Both the position numbers and the translations under genes were made by a program. A DNA stretch of 38,138 bases from Promethearchaeota archaeon (GTDB taxonomy: Archaea; Asgardarchaeota; Lokiarchaeia; Sigyniarchaeales; SOKP01). This document shows, in pieces, positions 1 through 9,717 of the stretch (position 1 is its first letter; the number at the start of each line of letters is the position of its first letter). The notes under the pieces were generated by a model. The model did not search any database and was not told the origin of the DNA. It saw nothing but the letters and a program-made list of their open reading frames with translations. Location: contig JBHLOC010000044.1 in assembly GCA_048940925.1 (NCBI GenBank), positions 1 through 38,138 of the forward strand, read 5' to 3'.

Positions 1-54
1 ATATCAGACAAAAAAGAAGATTCTTATGTAGATATTTCCATAGAGTTTAAATGA
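1..54 (+). CDS. 3' end of an unidentified gene running in from the left edge
   Basis: Frame 1 is open from base 1 (ISDKKEDSYVDISIEFK) to TGA at 52-54. Too short to identify. Confidence 0.35.
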   Translation: MSDKKEDSYVDISIEFK

Positions 55-113
55 TTAATTTCTTATTTAGATTTTAAGAGTTGTAATCTAAAAATAATCT
101 TATTCATAATTTC

Positions 114-296
114 TTATAAGTTTTCTTCATAAAAAGGAGCTATTCCATTATTAATTATTTCAGCTTTTTTTTTGTTGTGAGTAGATGCTAACACCTTAAT
201 ATCATTATCAGCAAAGCAAGCTGCTGAACACAATCCAATAAATCCGGTTCCTAATATAGAGACACTATATTTATATATCTTAAACACCTTGTTCAT
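114..296 (-). pseudogene. N-terminal remnant of a UDP-glucose/GDP-mannose dehydrogenase family gene
   Basis: Rossmann motif ILGTGFIGL..AACFA and INNGIAPFYEENL are typical of the family N-terminus. TAA follows at 114-116, then EIMNK, after which similarity is lost and more stops appear. Confidence 0.7.
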
Positions 297-638
297 TTCT
301 ATTTCTAAATTGCAAAATCATCTACTTTTTTATAAGTTTAGGGCAAGTTAGAATTTAATTTTTAATATATTGAATCTTGTATTAAATTTATGATATTCTC
401 TATTATATTTTGAACTCATAGGAAAATTTTGGGTAGATGCTAAAAACACAAGAGTAAAAAACGTAATGTGGTCTGGTTTAATCAGAAAATTAGAAAAAAA
501 TAATTCTTTCTAATGATATAAATAACTAATTCCTCATATTTTAGGAGTTATCATTCCAGATGTAACGTTCGGGTATTAAAATCTTGGAATAGAAAAATAT
601 AAAAAGAGTTATTTTAGAAATTAAGTTGAAATTATAAT

Positions 639-3068
639 TTATAACTCATTGAAAACAGTTCGGGCGATGATATCATTCTGAAGACTTCTGCCAACTTCTA
701 TGAAACGGGCGGAATAACCTGTAACCTTAACTGACAAATCAGGATAATTTTCTGGATGAGCTTGGGCATCCCTTAATGTTTCTGAACTTATTGGATTAAT
801 TTGAAGCTCTCTTCCTCCTAATTCTAAATAAGCTTCAGCAATTGAAGTTAGTTTATCTACACCCTCATCTGTTTCTATTAAACTGGGATTGATTCTTATA
901 TTCATTGTTGCTCCATCGGTTAGAAGAGCATCTTTTGTTGCATAAGCTATTGAGCGGAGTGTCATAGTAAGCCCATTTTTCTCTGTTCCGTTCGCGGGAG
1001 ATATACCATTAGATACAGCTTCACCAGATAATCTTCCATCAGGAGTTGCACCTAACATTCTACCTTCAAGAATATTAAGTCCAGAAGATACAAGGCATGG
1101 GCGATATATACCGGCACCACCTCTAGCAGGATGTTTTCTCACAATATCACATAAAGTATTCGCCACCCATTTTGCTAGTTCGTCTACCTTTTCATCACCG
1201 TTACCATATTTGGGAGCCTTGTTTCTTAATAGTTCCTTAAGTTTATCAGCTCCCTTGAAATTATTATGGAGATGTGTAGCTAATTCTCCCATTGTCAATA
1301 ATTTTTCTTCGAATACTGCCCAGCGAATTGCTGCTAGTGAATTAGTTACAGTTGCTAATGCTTGACAACCTATCGGATTATTATTATAGTGTGCTCCATT
1401 TCGAGTTACATCTTTTCCACTCTCTAAACATCCCTCTATTGTAGATGAAAGTAATGGGGAAGGAAAATAATCTGCAAATGCTTTATCTTTTAGCTCTGCC
1501 TTTTTCACAACTAAGTCTACTCCAAAAGAAAGCTGATCTACAAAAGCCTGCTTCACATCTTCAAAAGTTTTAAAAGTACTTGGGTGAGGTGTTTTTGCAC
1601 CAAATTGACGGTTTTCTGCTACGAGAATTCGTCCTTCATTTAAAGCTAGATGTAAAACAATTGATAACCGAACACCATTGCCTGCCGTATAGGAAAAATC
1701 ATTACCAGTACCATGGGGTTCAACACACCCTACAAGTGAATAGTCACGGGCATCTTCTAATGAATATCCATCATTTTGAAGTTGGGGTACTAATATTTCA
1801 TCATTATGAATCCCCATTCCTGCGGTAAAGCGATATGTTTCAATTACTCTTTTTAAAAAATCTCGCGGCGTTTTGGAAGAGATTCGTATCGATAACGTAT
1901 TCAACAGGCTTTTTACATTTGCAATAGCCTCGAGAAACATATATGACACATCGTTCGTAGCATCATTTCCATCTTTATCTAATCCCCCAATAGTTATGTT
2001 ATTTTGTCCTGCGATAACAACAGAAGCAAGTTTAACTAAATACTCTTCAATGGCTTCTAAGGCTTCTTCATATGTAATACGTCCTTCTTTTAAATCTGCA
2101 ATATAATAAGGATAAAGATATTGATCTACTCGTCCTTGAGAAAATATATTTCCTTCACCATAGCTCATTTCCATAACGACATTGGTCATCCATACCGATT
2201 GCATTGCTTCCATGAAGGTTCTTGGTGGGAGGGCTGGTACTCGCCTTGCTCGTTCAGCAATGTCTAAAAGTTCCGCTTTTCTATGTTCTGATGCGTTTTC
2301 TGCCATTTTCATTGCTAGATCTGCGTAACGAATAGAATAATCACAGACAGCTCTTGCACAAACCTGAACTGCTTCATAAAAGATCTTGCGATTTTCGTAA
2401 TCTTCATCAATATTTTTAAGTTTCTCAAGTTCTTCTGCAGCTCTCTTTTCTATCCCCTTAAATCCCATTTTAAGAACTCGTCTATAACCCGGAATGGTAT
2501 GACCTTGCATTTCCGCATAAAATGGATTGATCCATCTCAAAGCTCTTTCTAAAAATCCCTTTTTCTCCTTAAATAAGCCTGCTTCTTTCCAGAGTTCTTC
2601 TTTTCGATCAGCTAATGTCTTTCCCTTCCATACGGGGATAATATCATTTTTCAGCTCGTTAAGCTCTTGTTCTGAAAAAGGGACATAACGCCTAAGGATT
2701 GGATTATGTCTACGGAAATATTCTTTAGTTTTTTCGTCTATTGAATCATCTAAGAGAAAATCATAAGTTCGAACATGTCTCCCAAGCTCTATTTCAAAAG
2801 GATCAGCTCTTATTTTACTGGATTTTACTCCTACAAGAAGCTCATCACTATCAATCCTTATAGGAAGGCAGCGTAAGAATTCTTCTAATGCTCTGGCTTT
2901 TTTCATATAGGGATGAGAATTTTCCATTTGTTTCCAAATTCTTGAATAGCATCGTGCTCGTTCGAGGTCATATTCGAAGGGTTGAGACAACATTTTGTCC
3001 CTAATTTTACGAACTCTCTCTGTAGGAATCCCTTGGAGAGGAGTCATTTTAACACTTTGAATTACCAT
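639..3068 (-). CDS. Glycyl radical enzyme (pyruvate formate-lyase-like/PFL2 family), substrate unknown
   Basis: 809 aa. Contains GRVDQYLYPYY, Cys loop VGCVEP, GATPDGR and C-terminal glycyl loop YPDLSVKVTGYSARF. Confidence 0.9.
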   Translation of the reverse strand: MVIQSVKMTPLQGIPTERVRKIRDKMLSQPFEYDLERARCYSRIWKQMENSHPYMKKARALEEFLRCLPIRIDSDELLVGVKSSKIRADPFEIELGRHVRTYDFLLDDSIDEKTKEYFRRHNPILRRYVPFSEQELNELKNDIIPVWKGKTLADRKEELWKEAGLFKEKKGFLERALRWINPFYAEMQGHTIPGYRRVLKMGFKGIEKRAAEELEKLKNIDEDYENRKIFYEAVQVCARAVCDYSIRYADLAMKMAENASEHRKAELLDIAERARRVPALPPRTFMEAMQSVWMTNVVMEMSYGEGNIFSQGRVDQYLYPYYIADLKEGRITYEEALEAIEEYLVKLASVVIAGQNNITIGGLDKDGNDATNDVSYMFLEAIANVKSLLNTLSIRISSKTPRDFLKRVIETYRFTAGMGIHNDEILVPQLQNDGYSLEDARDYSLVGCVEPHGTGNDFSYTAGNGVRLSIVLHLALNEGRILVAENRQFGAKTPHPSTFKTFEDVKQAFVDQLSFGVDLVVKKAELKDKAFADYFPSPLLSSTIEGCLESGKDVTRNGAHYNNNPIGCQALATVTNSLAAIRWAVFEEKLLTMGELATHLHNNFKGADKLKELLRNKAPKYGNGDEKVDELAKWVANTLCDIVRKHPARGGAGIYRPCLVSSGLNILEGRMLGATPDGRLSGEAVSNGISPANGTEKNGLTMTLRSIAYATKDALLTDGATMNIRINPSLIETDEGVDKLTSIAEAYLELGGRELQINPISSETLRDAQAHPENYPDLSVKVTGYSARFIEVGRSLQNDIIARTVFNEL

Positions 3069-3242
3069 AATTCAATAATTGTTTTTTTTATTAATAAAAT
3101 TTAGTTGTCTTATCAACACCAACTTGTTTTTTAAAATTTTTCAATACTTTCAAATCAAAATATCTATAAATTATTCAAAGAAAAATTTATTATAATAAGA
3201 AAATAGATAAATCTATTAAAATCTAAATGAGGTTTTTGAAAA

Positions 3243-4529
3243 ATGACACAATTAAGAGAAAAGCTTAAAATAACAAATAAAACTGTAAATGTTATAAATA
3301 AGTTTCTTTCTGATGAGAACAATGACTTAATTAATAATTTATTCGAAATTATTGAGAAGTATGGTGGAGTTGATGAAATTAATAGATATGCCAACGAAGC
3401 ACGTCAATTAGATAGTTTATTAGATAAATTAAAAAAGAAAAAGCCAGATTATGTCCAAGATATTGAATGGTTAATAGAGCAAAGAGAAAATAAAGCATTC
3501 ATAACTCTTTCTGATTATAAAAGGAAAATACTTGGAGATAAATTTTCAGAAATTACATTTAATAAAGATTTTGCTGTTACATTGGAACTATCAGCTTGCC
3601 AATATTTTCCATTTTTTATCGACATTGCGAAAGCTGCAATTAAAGATCAAGAGCTAATGCCCGCAAGAATTATTCGAGTAAGGAAAATGAAAGAACAAGA
3701 AGATGATGGCGACTTATTAGCCATGGCTGCTGCTATGCAAGTTATCGGAGCAACATATGTAGAGACATTAGATACGAAAGGGACAGCTCCGGGTCCAGAT
3801 GGTTTACCAGTGAATATTCATCTTGGGGGACCTGATACTATAACTGGTTATTTTGGGGGAGTAGGTCAACCGAATGATTATGCATTAAAATGGCTTGATG
3901 AATATTTGTATTACTACACAAATTATGGTATTAAACAAGTTCTAAATGTAAATCCTGGTACTGTACTTTTGGGGTATTTCATACATAAACTTGGAATAGA
4001 CAATGAATTCAAAATCTCTGTATATATGGGAAATGATAATCCTTACTCTTGTTTATGGACACTTTTAACAGCTAAATTATTTTCTAGAGAAGATGGTACA
4101 AGTCCATTAATTGGTTTTAATCTTGCTAACTCAGTTAATAATGAGACAATTGAACTTTCTGCGTATATTCGAAAGACTTTCGATTTTGAAGATGTTGTAA
4201 GATTAGAACATCATGTGATTGAGACGCAAAAAAGTATTGTACGCCAACCATACGATAGAAGAGTCGAATTAATAGATGTTGCTAAGAAAGTGAAAAACAT
4301 CAGTGCTAAACATGAGGGTGGTGATGTGGAATTAGATAGTAGCAGAGAACATCCTTCAGATATTTTAGATTATTTTAGAGATAAACAAGAAATTATCGAT
4401 TCTGGTCACTGGGAATATATGCGTAGAAATCACCTTGATAGATATATTGCTGTTAATACCACAGCTAAAATATTAATTAAGAATGGTATTGATATAATTG
4501 CTGCCCAAAATCTTCATAAATATGAATAA
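3243..4529 (+). CDS. Conserved-looking hypothetical protein, 428 aa, probably co-transcribed with the DapA-Fae fusion
   Basis: Long ORF with enzyme-like Gly/Pro-rich segments (ETLDTKGT, NIHLGGPDTITGYFGGVGQPN, SAKHEGG). The gap to the next gene is 21 nt. Family not recognised. Confidence 0.8.
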   Translation: MTQLREKLKITNKTVNVINKFLSDENNDLINNLFEIIEKYGGVDEINRYANEARQLDSLLDKLKKKKPDYVQDIEWLIEQRENKAFITLSDYKRKILGDKFSEITFNKDFAVTLELSACQYFPFFIDIAKAAIKDQELMPARIIRVRKMKEQEDDGDLLAMAAAMQVIGATYVETLDTKGTAPGPDGLPVNIHLGGPDTITGYFGGVGQPNDYALKWLDEYLYYYTNYGIKQVLNVNPGTVLLGYFIHKLGIDNEFKISVYMGNDNPYSCLWTLLTAKLFSREDGTSPLIGFNLANSVNNETIELSAYIRKTFDFEDVVRLEHHVIETQKSIVRQPYDRRVELIDVAKKVKNISAKHEGGDVELDSSREHPSDILDYFRDKQEIIDSGHWEYMRRNHLDRYIAVNTTAKILIKNGIDIIAAQNLHKYE

Positions 4530-4550
4530 ATAGAATTGAGTTGAGATAAT

Positions 4551-6038
4551 ATGGGAAAATTTGATTTTAGACCTACAGGGGTTATGCCTGCCATGGTAAC
4601 TCCTTTCAATAAGGATGAATCAATAAATGAAGATAATCTAAGAAATCTAGTAAATTTTCTTATAGAACAAGGAGTTACAGGACTTGTACCAGTAGGAACT
4701 ACTGGAGAATTTGTTAACATGACATTTGATGAACGATTAAAAGTTATTGAAATCGTTGTAGATGAAACAAATGGTAGGGTTCCTGTAATTGCTGGAACAG
4801 GAGAAACAGGTACAAAACTAGTAATTGATGTTACTAATGCAGCAGCAGATATAGGTGCTGATGCAGTGTTAATAGTAACACCTTATTATCTAAAACCTAA
4901 AGCAAAAGGGCTATATGATCATTATTTTACTATCGCAGAAAAAACCGACATTCCTATAGTTTTATATAATATTCCTGCTTGCACAGGTGTGGAATTGCTT
5001 TGGACTGTAGTGGAAGATCTTGTGGATATTGATAATATCGTTGCTATTAAAGATTCAAGTGGAGACTATAAATATTTTTCAGCACTTTTAGAAAAAGTTA
5101 GTGATAAAATCTCCGTGCTTATTGGATGGGATGAGAATGTATTAGGTGCTCTGGCTGGTGGAGCAGCAGGCTGTATCTTAGGATCAGCAAATGTTTTTCC
5201 TAAGATATGGTTGGAGATATATGACCACGTAAAAAATAATCGATTAGAAGAAGCACAAAAACTTCAAAAAAAAGTCCAAAAAATAGCAAGATTATTAATT
5301 AATTCAGGTGCTCTAGGCGTTAAATCCTGCTTAAATATGATGAATATTCCAGTTGGTAAAACTCGGCAACCCATTGTATTAGGAGATACTTTATCTTATG
5401 AAATAAAAGATGAATTAAGAGTAGAACTTGAAAAATTAGGTTTAATTAAAAAAACTGAAATCCAATTTGAATTTGGAGACAAACCACTCACAAGTCGTTT
5501 TTATGCTGTAGGTATTACTCCCAAGAAGATTTCTGATTTCGAATTGAAAGTAGGTGAATCTCTAGTAGGTAACCGTGCAGAACTCGCTCATATTGACCTC
5601 CTAATAGGTAAAAAAAATGGTCCTGTAGGTAATGCCTATGCGAATGCTTTAACTAATCCAGAAGAAGGACGTGAAGGACTACAAGTTATCCTTGAACCTA
5701 ATATGCAAGTCAAACCACCCACAATTATGATTCCTACTATTCGTCCAACTTCTCTTCGTCATGCTAGTCTTACTTATGGACCCGCACAAGCAGCAATTGC
5801 TAAGGCAGTTATGCAATGTGTTGAGGATGGAATTCTTCCAAAAGAGTTAGTCGATGATATCGTTATAATTGTAAATGTTTTTGTCCATCCGAGTTCTAGT
5901 GCAAGAAAAAGAATATTTATCAATAATTATAAAGCAACACGCAATGCGATCCGAAAAGCGATGGAAGGCTTACCAACTGTTGATGATGGAATAGAGAATG
6001 CAGAAAATGCACGACATCCCTTTAGAAATGATCCATAG
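4551..6038 (+). CDS. Fusion of a DapA/NAL-family class I aldolase (N-terminal) and formaldehyde-activating enzyme Fae (C-terminal)
   Basis: N-terminus has MVTPF, GTTGEF, YNIP and the Schiff-base Lys in AIKDSSG. From about 5545 the C-terminus has VGESLVG..ELAHIDLLIG, GPAQAAIAKAV, VFVH, NYKATRNAI and terminal HPF, all Fae signatures. Confidence 0.9.
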   Translation: MGKFDFRPTGVMPAMVTPFNKDESINEDNLRNLVNFLIEQGVTGLVPVGTTGEFVNMTFDERLKVIEIVVDETNGRVPVIAGTGETGTKLVIDVTNAAADIGADAVLIVTPYYLKPKAKGLYDHYFTIAEKTDIPIVLYNIPACTGVELLWTVVEDLVDIDNIVAIKDSSGDYKYFSALLEKVSDKISVLIGWDENVLGALAGGAAGCILGSANVFPKIWLEIYDHVKNNRLEEAQKLQKKVQKIARLLINSGALGVKSCLNMMNIPVGKTRQPIVLGDTLSYEIKDELRVELEKLGLIKKTEIQFEFGDKPLTSRFYAVGITPKKISDFELKVGESLVGNRAELAHIDLLIGKKNGPVGNAYANALTNPEEGREGLQVILEPNMQVKPPTIMIPTIRPTSLRHASLTYGPAQAAIAKAVMQCVEDGILPKELVDDIVIIVNVFVHPSSSARKRIFINNYKATRNAIRKAMEGLPTVDDGIENAENARHPFRNDP

Positions 6039-6168
6039 ACAAACTTTTTTATCTTATCTTTTATTTTGATTCAAAAATTCAATGGAGAATCTTCAAATTA
6101 TATATTACATTATTTTATTTAACATTTTATATTAAAAATTCCATTTAAGAAAGAATGAGAATAAACTT

Positions 6169-6729
6169 ATGGATGTAATAGAAGTAATCCATACAAGAAG
6201 ATCATTTAGATCATTAGCCCCTGTTGAAATTACAGAAGAACTTATTAAGGATTTAGCAGAATGTGCAAGTTTAGCACCATCATGCAAAAACTCACAACCG
6301 TGGAGATTTGTCTTTGTGTTTGAAAAAAATCAGCTTCAAAAATTATTTACAACCTTAAGGGCTCCAAATGATAAATGGGTTGTAAATGCTTCTATGATAA
6401 TAGTCGTTTTCAGCAATGTTAAGTATGATTGCATTATCAATGAACGATTATATTATTTATTTGATACAGGATTAGCTACAGCTTTCATTATGTTACGAGC
6501 TACAGAATTAGGTCTAGTCGCTCACCCAATAGCCGGTTTTGAAGAGATACTGTTAAAAAAAATTCTTGAAATTCCAAATGATATGAGGGTAATTACTCTT
6601 ATAATTATTGGGAAAAAATCGTTAAAGATTGATCATAATTTAACAGATTTGATGAAAGCTACTGAATCTAACGCACCTCCTCGAAAAAAATTTAGAGAAT
6701 TTGCTTATATAAATAAATATAATCCTTGA
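6169..6729 (+). CDS. Nitroreductase family flavoprotein
   Basis: RRSFR, APSCKNSQPWRF, DTG and ATELGL motifs. Confidence 0.9.
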   Translation: MDVIEVIHTRRSFRSLAPVEITEELIKDLAECASLAPSCKNSQPWRFVFVFEKNQLQKLFTTLRAPNDKWVVNASMIIVVFSNVKYDCIINERLYYLFDTGLATAFIMLRATELGLVAHPIAGFEEILLKKILEIPNDMRVITLIIIGKKSLKIDHNLTDLMKATESNAPPRKKFREFAYINKYNP

Positions 6730-6869
6730 ACTAGTAATTGTAAGATTTTTTTTCATAAATGCAATTTATTTTTAACTCCTTTTGTATTAAATGTTCAATA
6801 TGAACGAGTTATATTATTAAATAAATAGGGTCTAATCATACTAAAAATAAAAGAAATAAAAAAAAGCTT

Positions 6870-7844
6870 TTATTTAGAAATACTTCCTAATTTCTGGATA
6901 ACTTCTTCTGCTTCTTTCATTATCCTATCTAATAATTCTTTCACTGTAGGAATATCTTTTACTAATCCTACACCTTGACCGCAGCTAACCATACCTGCAT
7001 CAGTATCTCCTTCTTTATACATTTTCAACGCATTTTGACCTGAAGCAGCTTGTACAATTTCTTGTAAGGAAGCTTTTTTTGATTCTAATTCAATTATCTT
7101 CTCTGCAGCTTTATTTCTCCATACTCTATGAGTATTACGAATAGAACGCATAACTAAAGAAGTATCGGTCTCGCTAGCTTGAACAAATGCTTGTTTTAAA
7201 TTATCATGGATAGGGCATTCTTTTGTAGCCATCATTCTTGTTCCCATAATTACACCAGCAGCACCAAGCGCTAATATAGCTGCGACACCTCGACCATCTG
7301 TGACACCCCCTCCTGCTATAACGGGAATATCTAAAGCATCAACCACACTTGGAGTCATCACAAGAGTTCCTATATCTAAAATTCCAGTCGCACCTCCATT
7401 TTCATAACCTACTACTGTTATCATGTTAGCTCCCAAAGAAGCTCCCTTTAGTGCATATCTAACACCTGCACATTTATGAATCCATAGTGCACCACCTTCT
7501 TTGAATTTAGGAACTAGATGTTCTGGTGCCTTATGACCGCTTGTTTCGATAATTTTTACACCTTCATCTAAGGTAGCCACAACATAATCTTCCAACTTAT
7601 CTTGTGGCATTAGAGCCGGAAATAAATTTATATTTACTGCAAAAGGTTGATTGGTTAAATCTTGTGTTTTTCTGATCGCTAATCGTAATTCTTCAGGAGT
7701 TTTATAGTTCGCGCTTGCTAACACAGCACAGGCACCAGCGTTACTACATGATGCTACAAATTCTGGTGTAGTAATATTTGCCATGGTCCCTACAATTATA
7801 GGATATTTACATCCTAACATTTCAGTTACTTTGGTCTTAATCAA
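6870..7844 (-). CDS. Nitronate monooxygenase / FabK-like FMN-dependent oxidoreductase
   Basis: YPII..MA, GYENGG, PVIAGGGVTDGRG and GVIMGTRM motifs. TTG start follows GAAGTGA. Confidence 0.85.
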   Translation of the reverse strand: MIKTKVTEMLGCKYPIIVGTMANITTPEFVASCSNAGACAVLASANYKTPEELRLAIRKTQDLTNQPFAVNINLFPALMPQDKLEDYVVATLDEGVKIIETSGHKAPEHLVPKFKEGGALWIHKCAGVRYALKGASLGANMITVVGYENGGATGILDIGTLVMTPSVVDALDIPVIAGGGVTDGRGVAAILALGAAGVIMGTRMMATKECPIHDNLKQAFVQASETDTSLVMRSIRNTHRVWRNKAAEKIIELESKKASLQEIVQAASGQNALKMYKEGDTDAGMVSCGQGVGLVKDIPTVKELLDRIMKEAEEVIQKLGSISK

Positions 7845-7938
7845 AATTATTCACTTCAATATTTTCAATTATAAACTAATATTTTTGCATTTCATTTATA
7901 TTTCATCAAAAAAGAAATTCTTATGATTAATTTGTTTA

Positions 7939-8412
7939 TTAATTTTTAATATTTTGATTTTGATTTTTAGATTTTAATAGTTTATGTTTCAAATCATCTG
8001 AAATATTTACTTTTTGTTTCTTTTCATAATTATACCAAACAATATGAGCTTCTCCCTCCGCTGCAATCCTATTTAATTTCTCACTTATAAGAATATGTTT
8101 AATAATGATTTTAGAGCCTTCTATATTTGTTATTTTTGCACCAACATAAATCGTGTCTGGGTAAATTAACGGTGCTTTATAATAACAGCTTTGATAAGAT
8201 AATATTGGACCTATGCGAGTTTTGGTAGGTTCTTCATAGATATTCAGAAAACTAAATAATGCTATCCTAGAACTTTCAAAAAATCGATAATATATTGTAT
8301 TATTCACATGTCCTCTAGCATCCATATCACCCCATCGAACTGACATCTTTTCTATTACTGTAAAATCCTTTAAAATCTCATTCATCTTATTCTTTTTCAT
8401 AGATATATTCAT
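7939..8412 (-). CDS. Acyl-CoA thioesterase (4HBT/YbgC hot-dog fold)
   Basis: VRWGDMDARGHVNNTIYYRFFESSR motif. Confidence 0.9.
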   Translation of the reverse strand: MNISMKKNKMNEILKDFTVIEKMSVRWGDMDARGHVNNTIYYRFFESSRIALFSFLNIYEEPTKTRIGPILSYQSCYYKAPLIYPDTIYVGAKITNIEGSKIIIKHILISEKLNRIAAEGEAHIVWYNYEKKQKVNISDDLKHKLLKSKNQNQNIKN

Positions 8413-8565
8413 TTTATAATTTATTAATCAAATTCCTTTTATATCTTAATTTTTTAAATTCTTTTTCTCTATATTTAATACTTCATAAAGCTAATATTGA
8501 TAATTTTAAGAATATATCTAAAATTAATAATAAATTCAAATCCAAAATAGTTTAAATCAATTGAG

Positions 8566-9063
8566 ATGAAGTATAAAATGACAGAACAAGCATTAGAATT
8601 AAAAGTTGGAGCACAAGCACCTCATTTTTGCCTTCCAGATAAAGATAATAAAGAAGTATGTTTAGAGGATTTTAAGAATAAATATATTGTTTTATATTTT
8701 TATCCTAAAGATAATACACCTGGTTGTACAACTGAAGCAATTGGTTTTACAGGAATTTTTTCTGATTTGCAAAAATTAGACGCATTAGTCGTAGGAATCA
8801 GTCCTGATAGCCCTGAATCTCATGCAAAATTTATTGAAAAGAAAAACTTGGAAGTTATACTCCTAAGCGATATTGATAATAAAATAATCAAGGAGTATGG
8901 CAAGTGGGGTAAAAAGAAATTTCGTGGAAAGGAATATATGGGTGTTATCCGAAGTACATTCTTAATAGATCCTGATGGAAAGATAGTACATATCTGGCCA
9001 AAAGTTAGTGTAAAGGGACACGCTGAAGATGTTAAACGAGTATTAGAAGAGTTAAAATCTTAA
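8566..9063 (+). CDS. bcp: Bcp/PrxQ-type peroxiredoxin
   Basis: VLYFYPKDNTPGCTTEA, GISPDS and RSTFLIDPDGKI motifs. The start may be the ATG at 8578. Confidence 0.9.
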   Translation: MKYKMTEQALELKVGAQAPHFCLPDKDNKEVCLEDFKNKYIVLYFYPKDNTPGCTTEAIGFTGIFSDLQKLDALVVGISPDSPESHAKFIEKKNLEVILLSDIDNKIIKEYGKWGKKKFRGKEYMGVIRSTFLIDPDGKIVHIWPKVSVKGHAEDVKRVLEELKS

Positions 9064-9116
9064 AATAATTTTTTCTTTATTATTGATACTTTTTTTAATT
9101 TGAAGAGGAAAATTTA

Positions 9117-9686
9117 ATGGATGTTAAAGAAACTATTGAAAAAAGAAGAGCATTCAGATCATTAGATAAAGTTGACATTTCAGATGAATTGGTAAAGGAT
9201 TTTGGACGAGTAGCCCAAATTACTCCTTCTTGTGCGAATAGACAACCCTGGCGATTTGTTTTTGTATATGAAGAGGAACAATTAAAAAAATTGTTTACAA
9301 CCTTATCAGAAGGGAATAAATGGGTTGAGAAAGCTTCTATGATTATAGCCGTGTTTAGTAAACCAGAAAATGATTGCATGATTGGAGAACGCCTTTATTA
9401 CTTATTTGATACAGGAATGGCGGTGGCATTCATTGTTTTAAGAGCTACGGAACTTGGACTAGTTGCTCATCCAATAGCGGGATTTAATGAAGAAAAAGCT
9501 AAAAATGTCCTTAATATACCAGACAAGATGAGATTAATAACACTAATAATAGTTGGAAAACATTCAAAGGAGGTAAATCCTGTTCTTTCAGAAGCAATGA
9601 AATTAGGAGAAAAGCAAAGACCTCCAAGAATTCCATTGGAAGAATTTATTTATATTAATGATTATAATACAAAATTAAATGAGTAA
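9117..9686 (+). CDS. Nitroreductase family flavoprotein (paralogue of 6169..6729)
   Basis: RRAFRSL, TPSCANRQPWRF and LRATELGLVAHPIAGF motifs. Confidence 0.9.
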   Translation: MDVKETIEKRRAFRSLDKVDISDELVKDFGRVAQITPSCANRQPWRFVFVYEEEQLKKLFTTLSEGNKWVEKASMIIAVFSKPENDCMIGERLYYLFDTGMAVAFIVLRATELGLVAHPIAGFNEEKAKNVLNIPDKMRLITLIIVGKHSKEVNPVLSEAMKLGEKQRPPRIPLEEFIYINDYNTKLNE

Positions 9687-9717
9687 TATAATAAAAATTA
9701 AGAAAAGGGATAAATAA

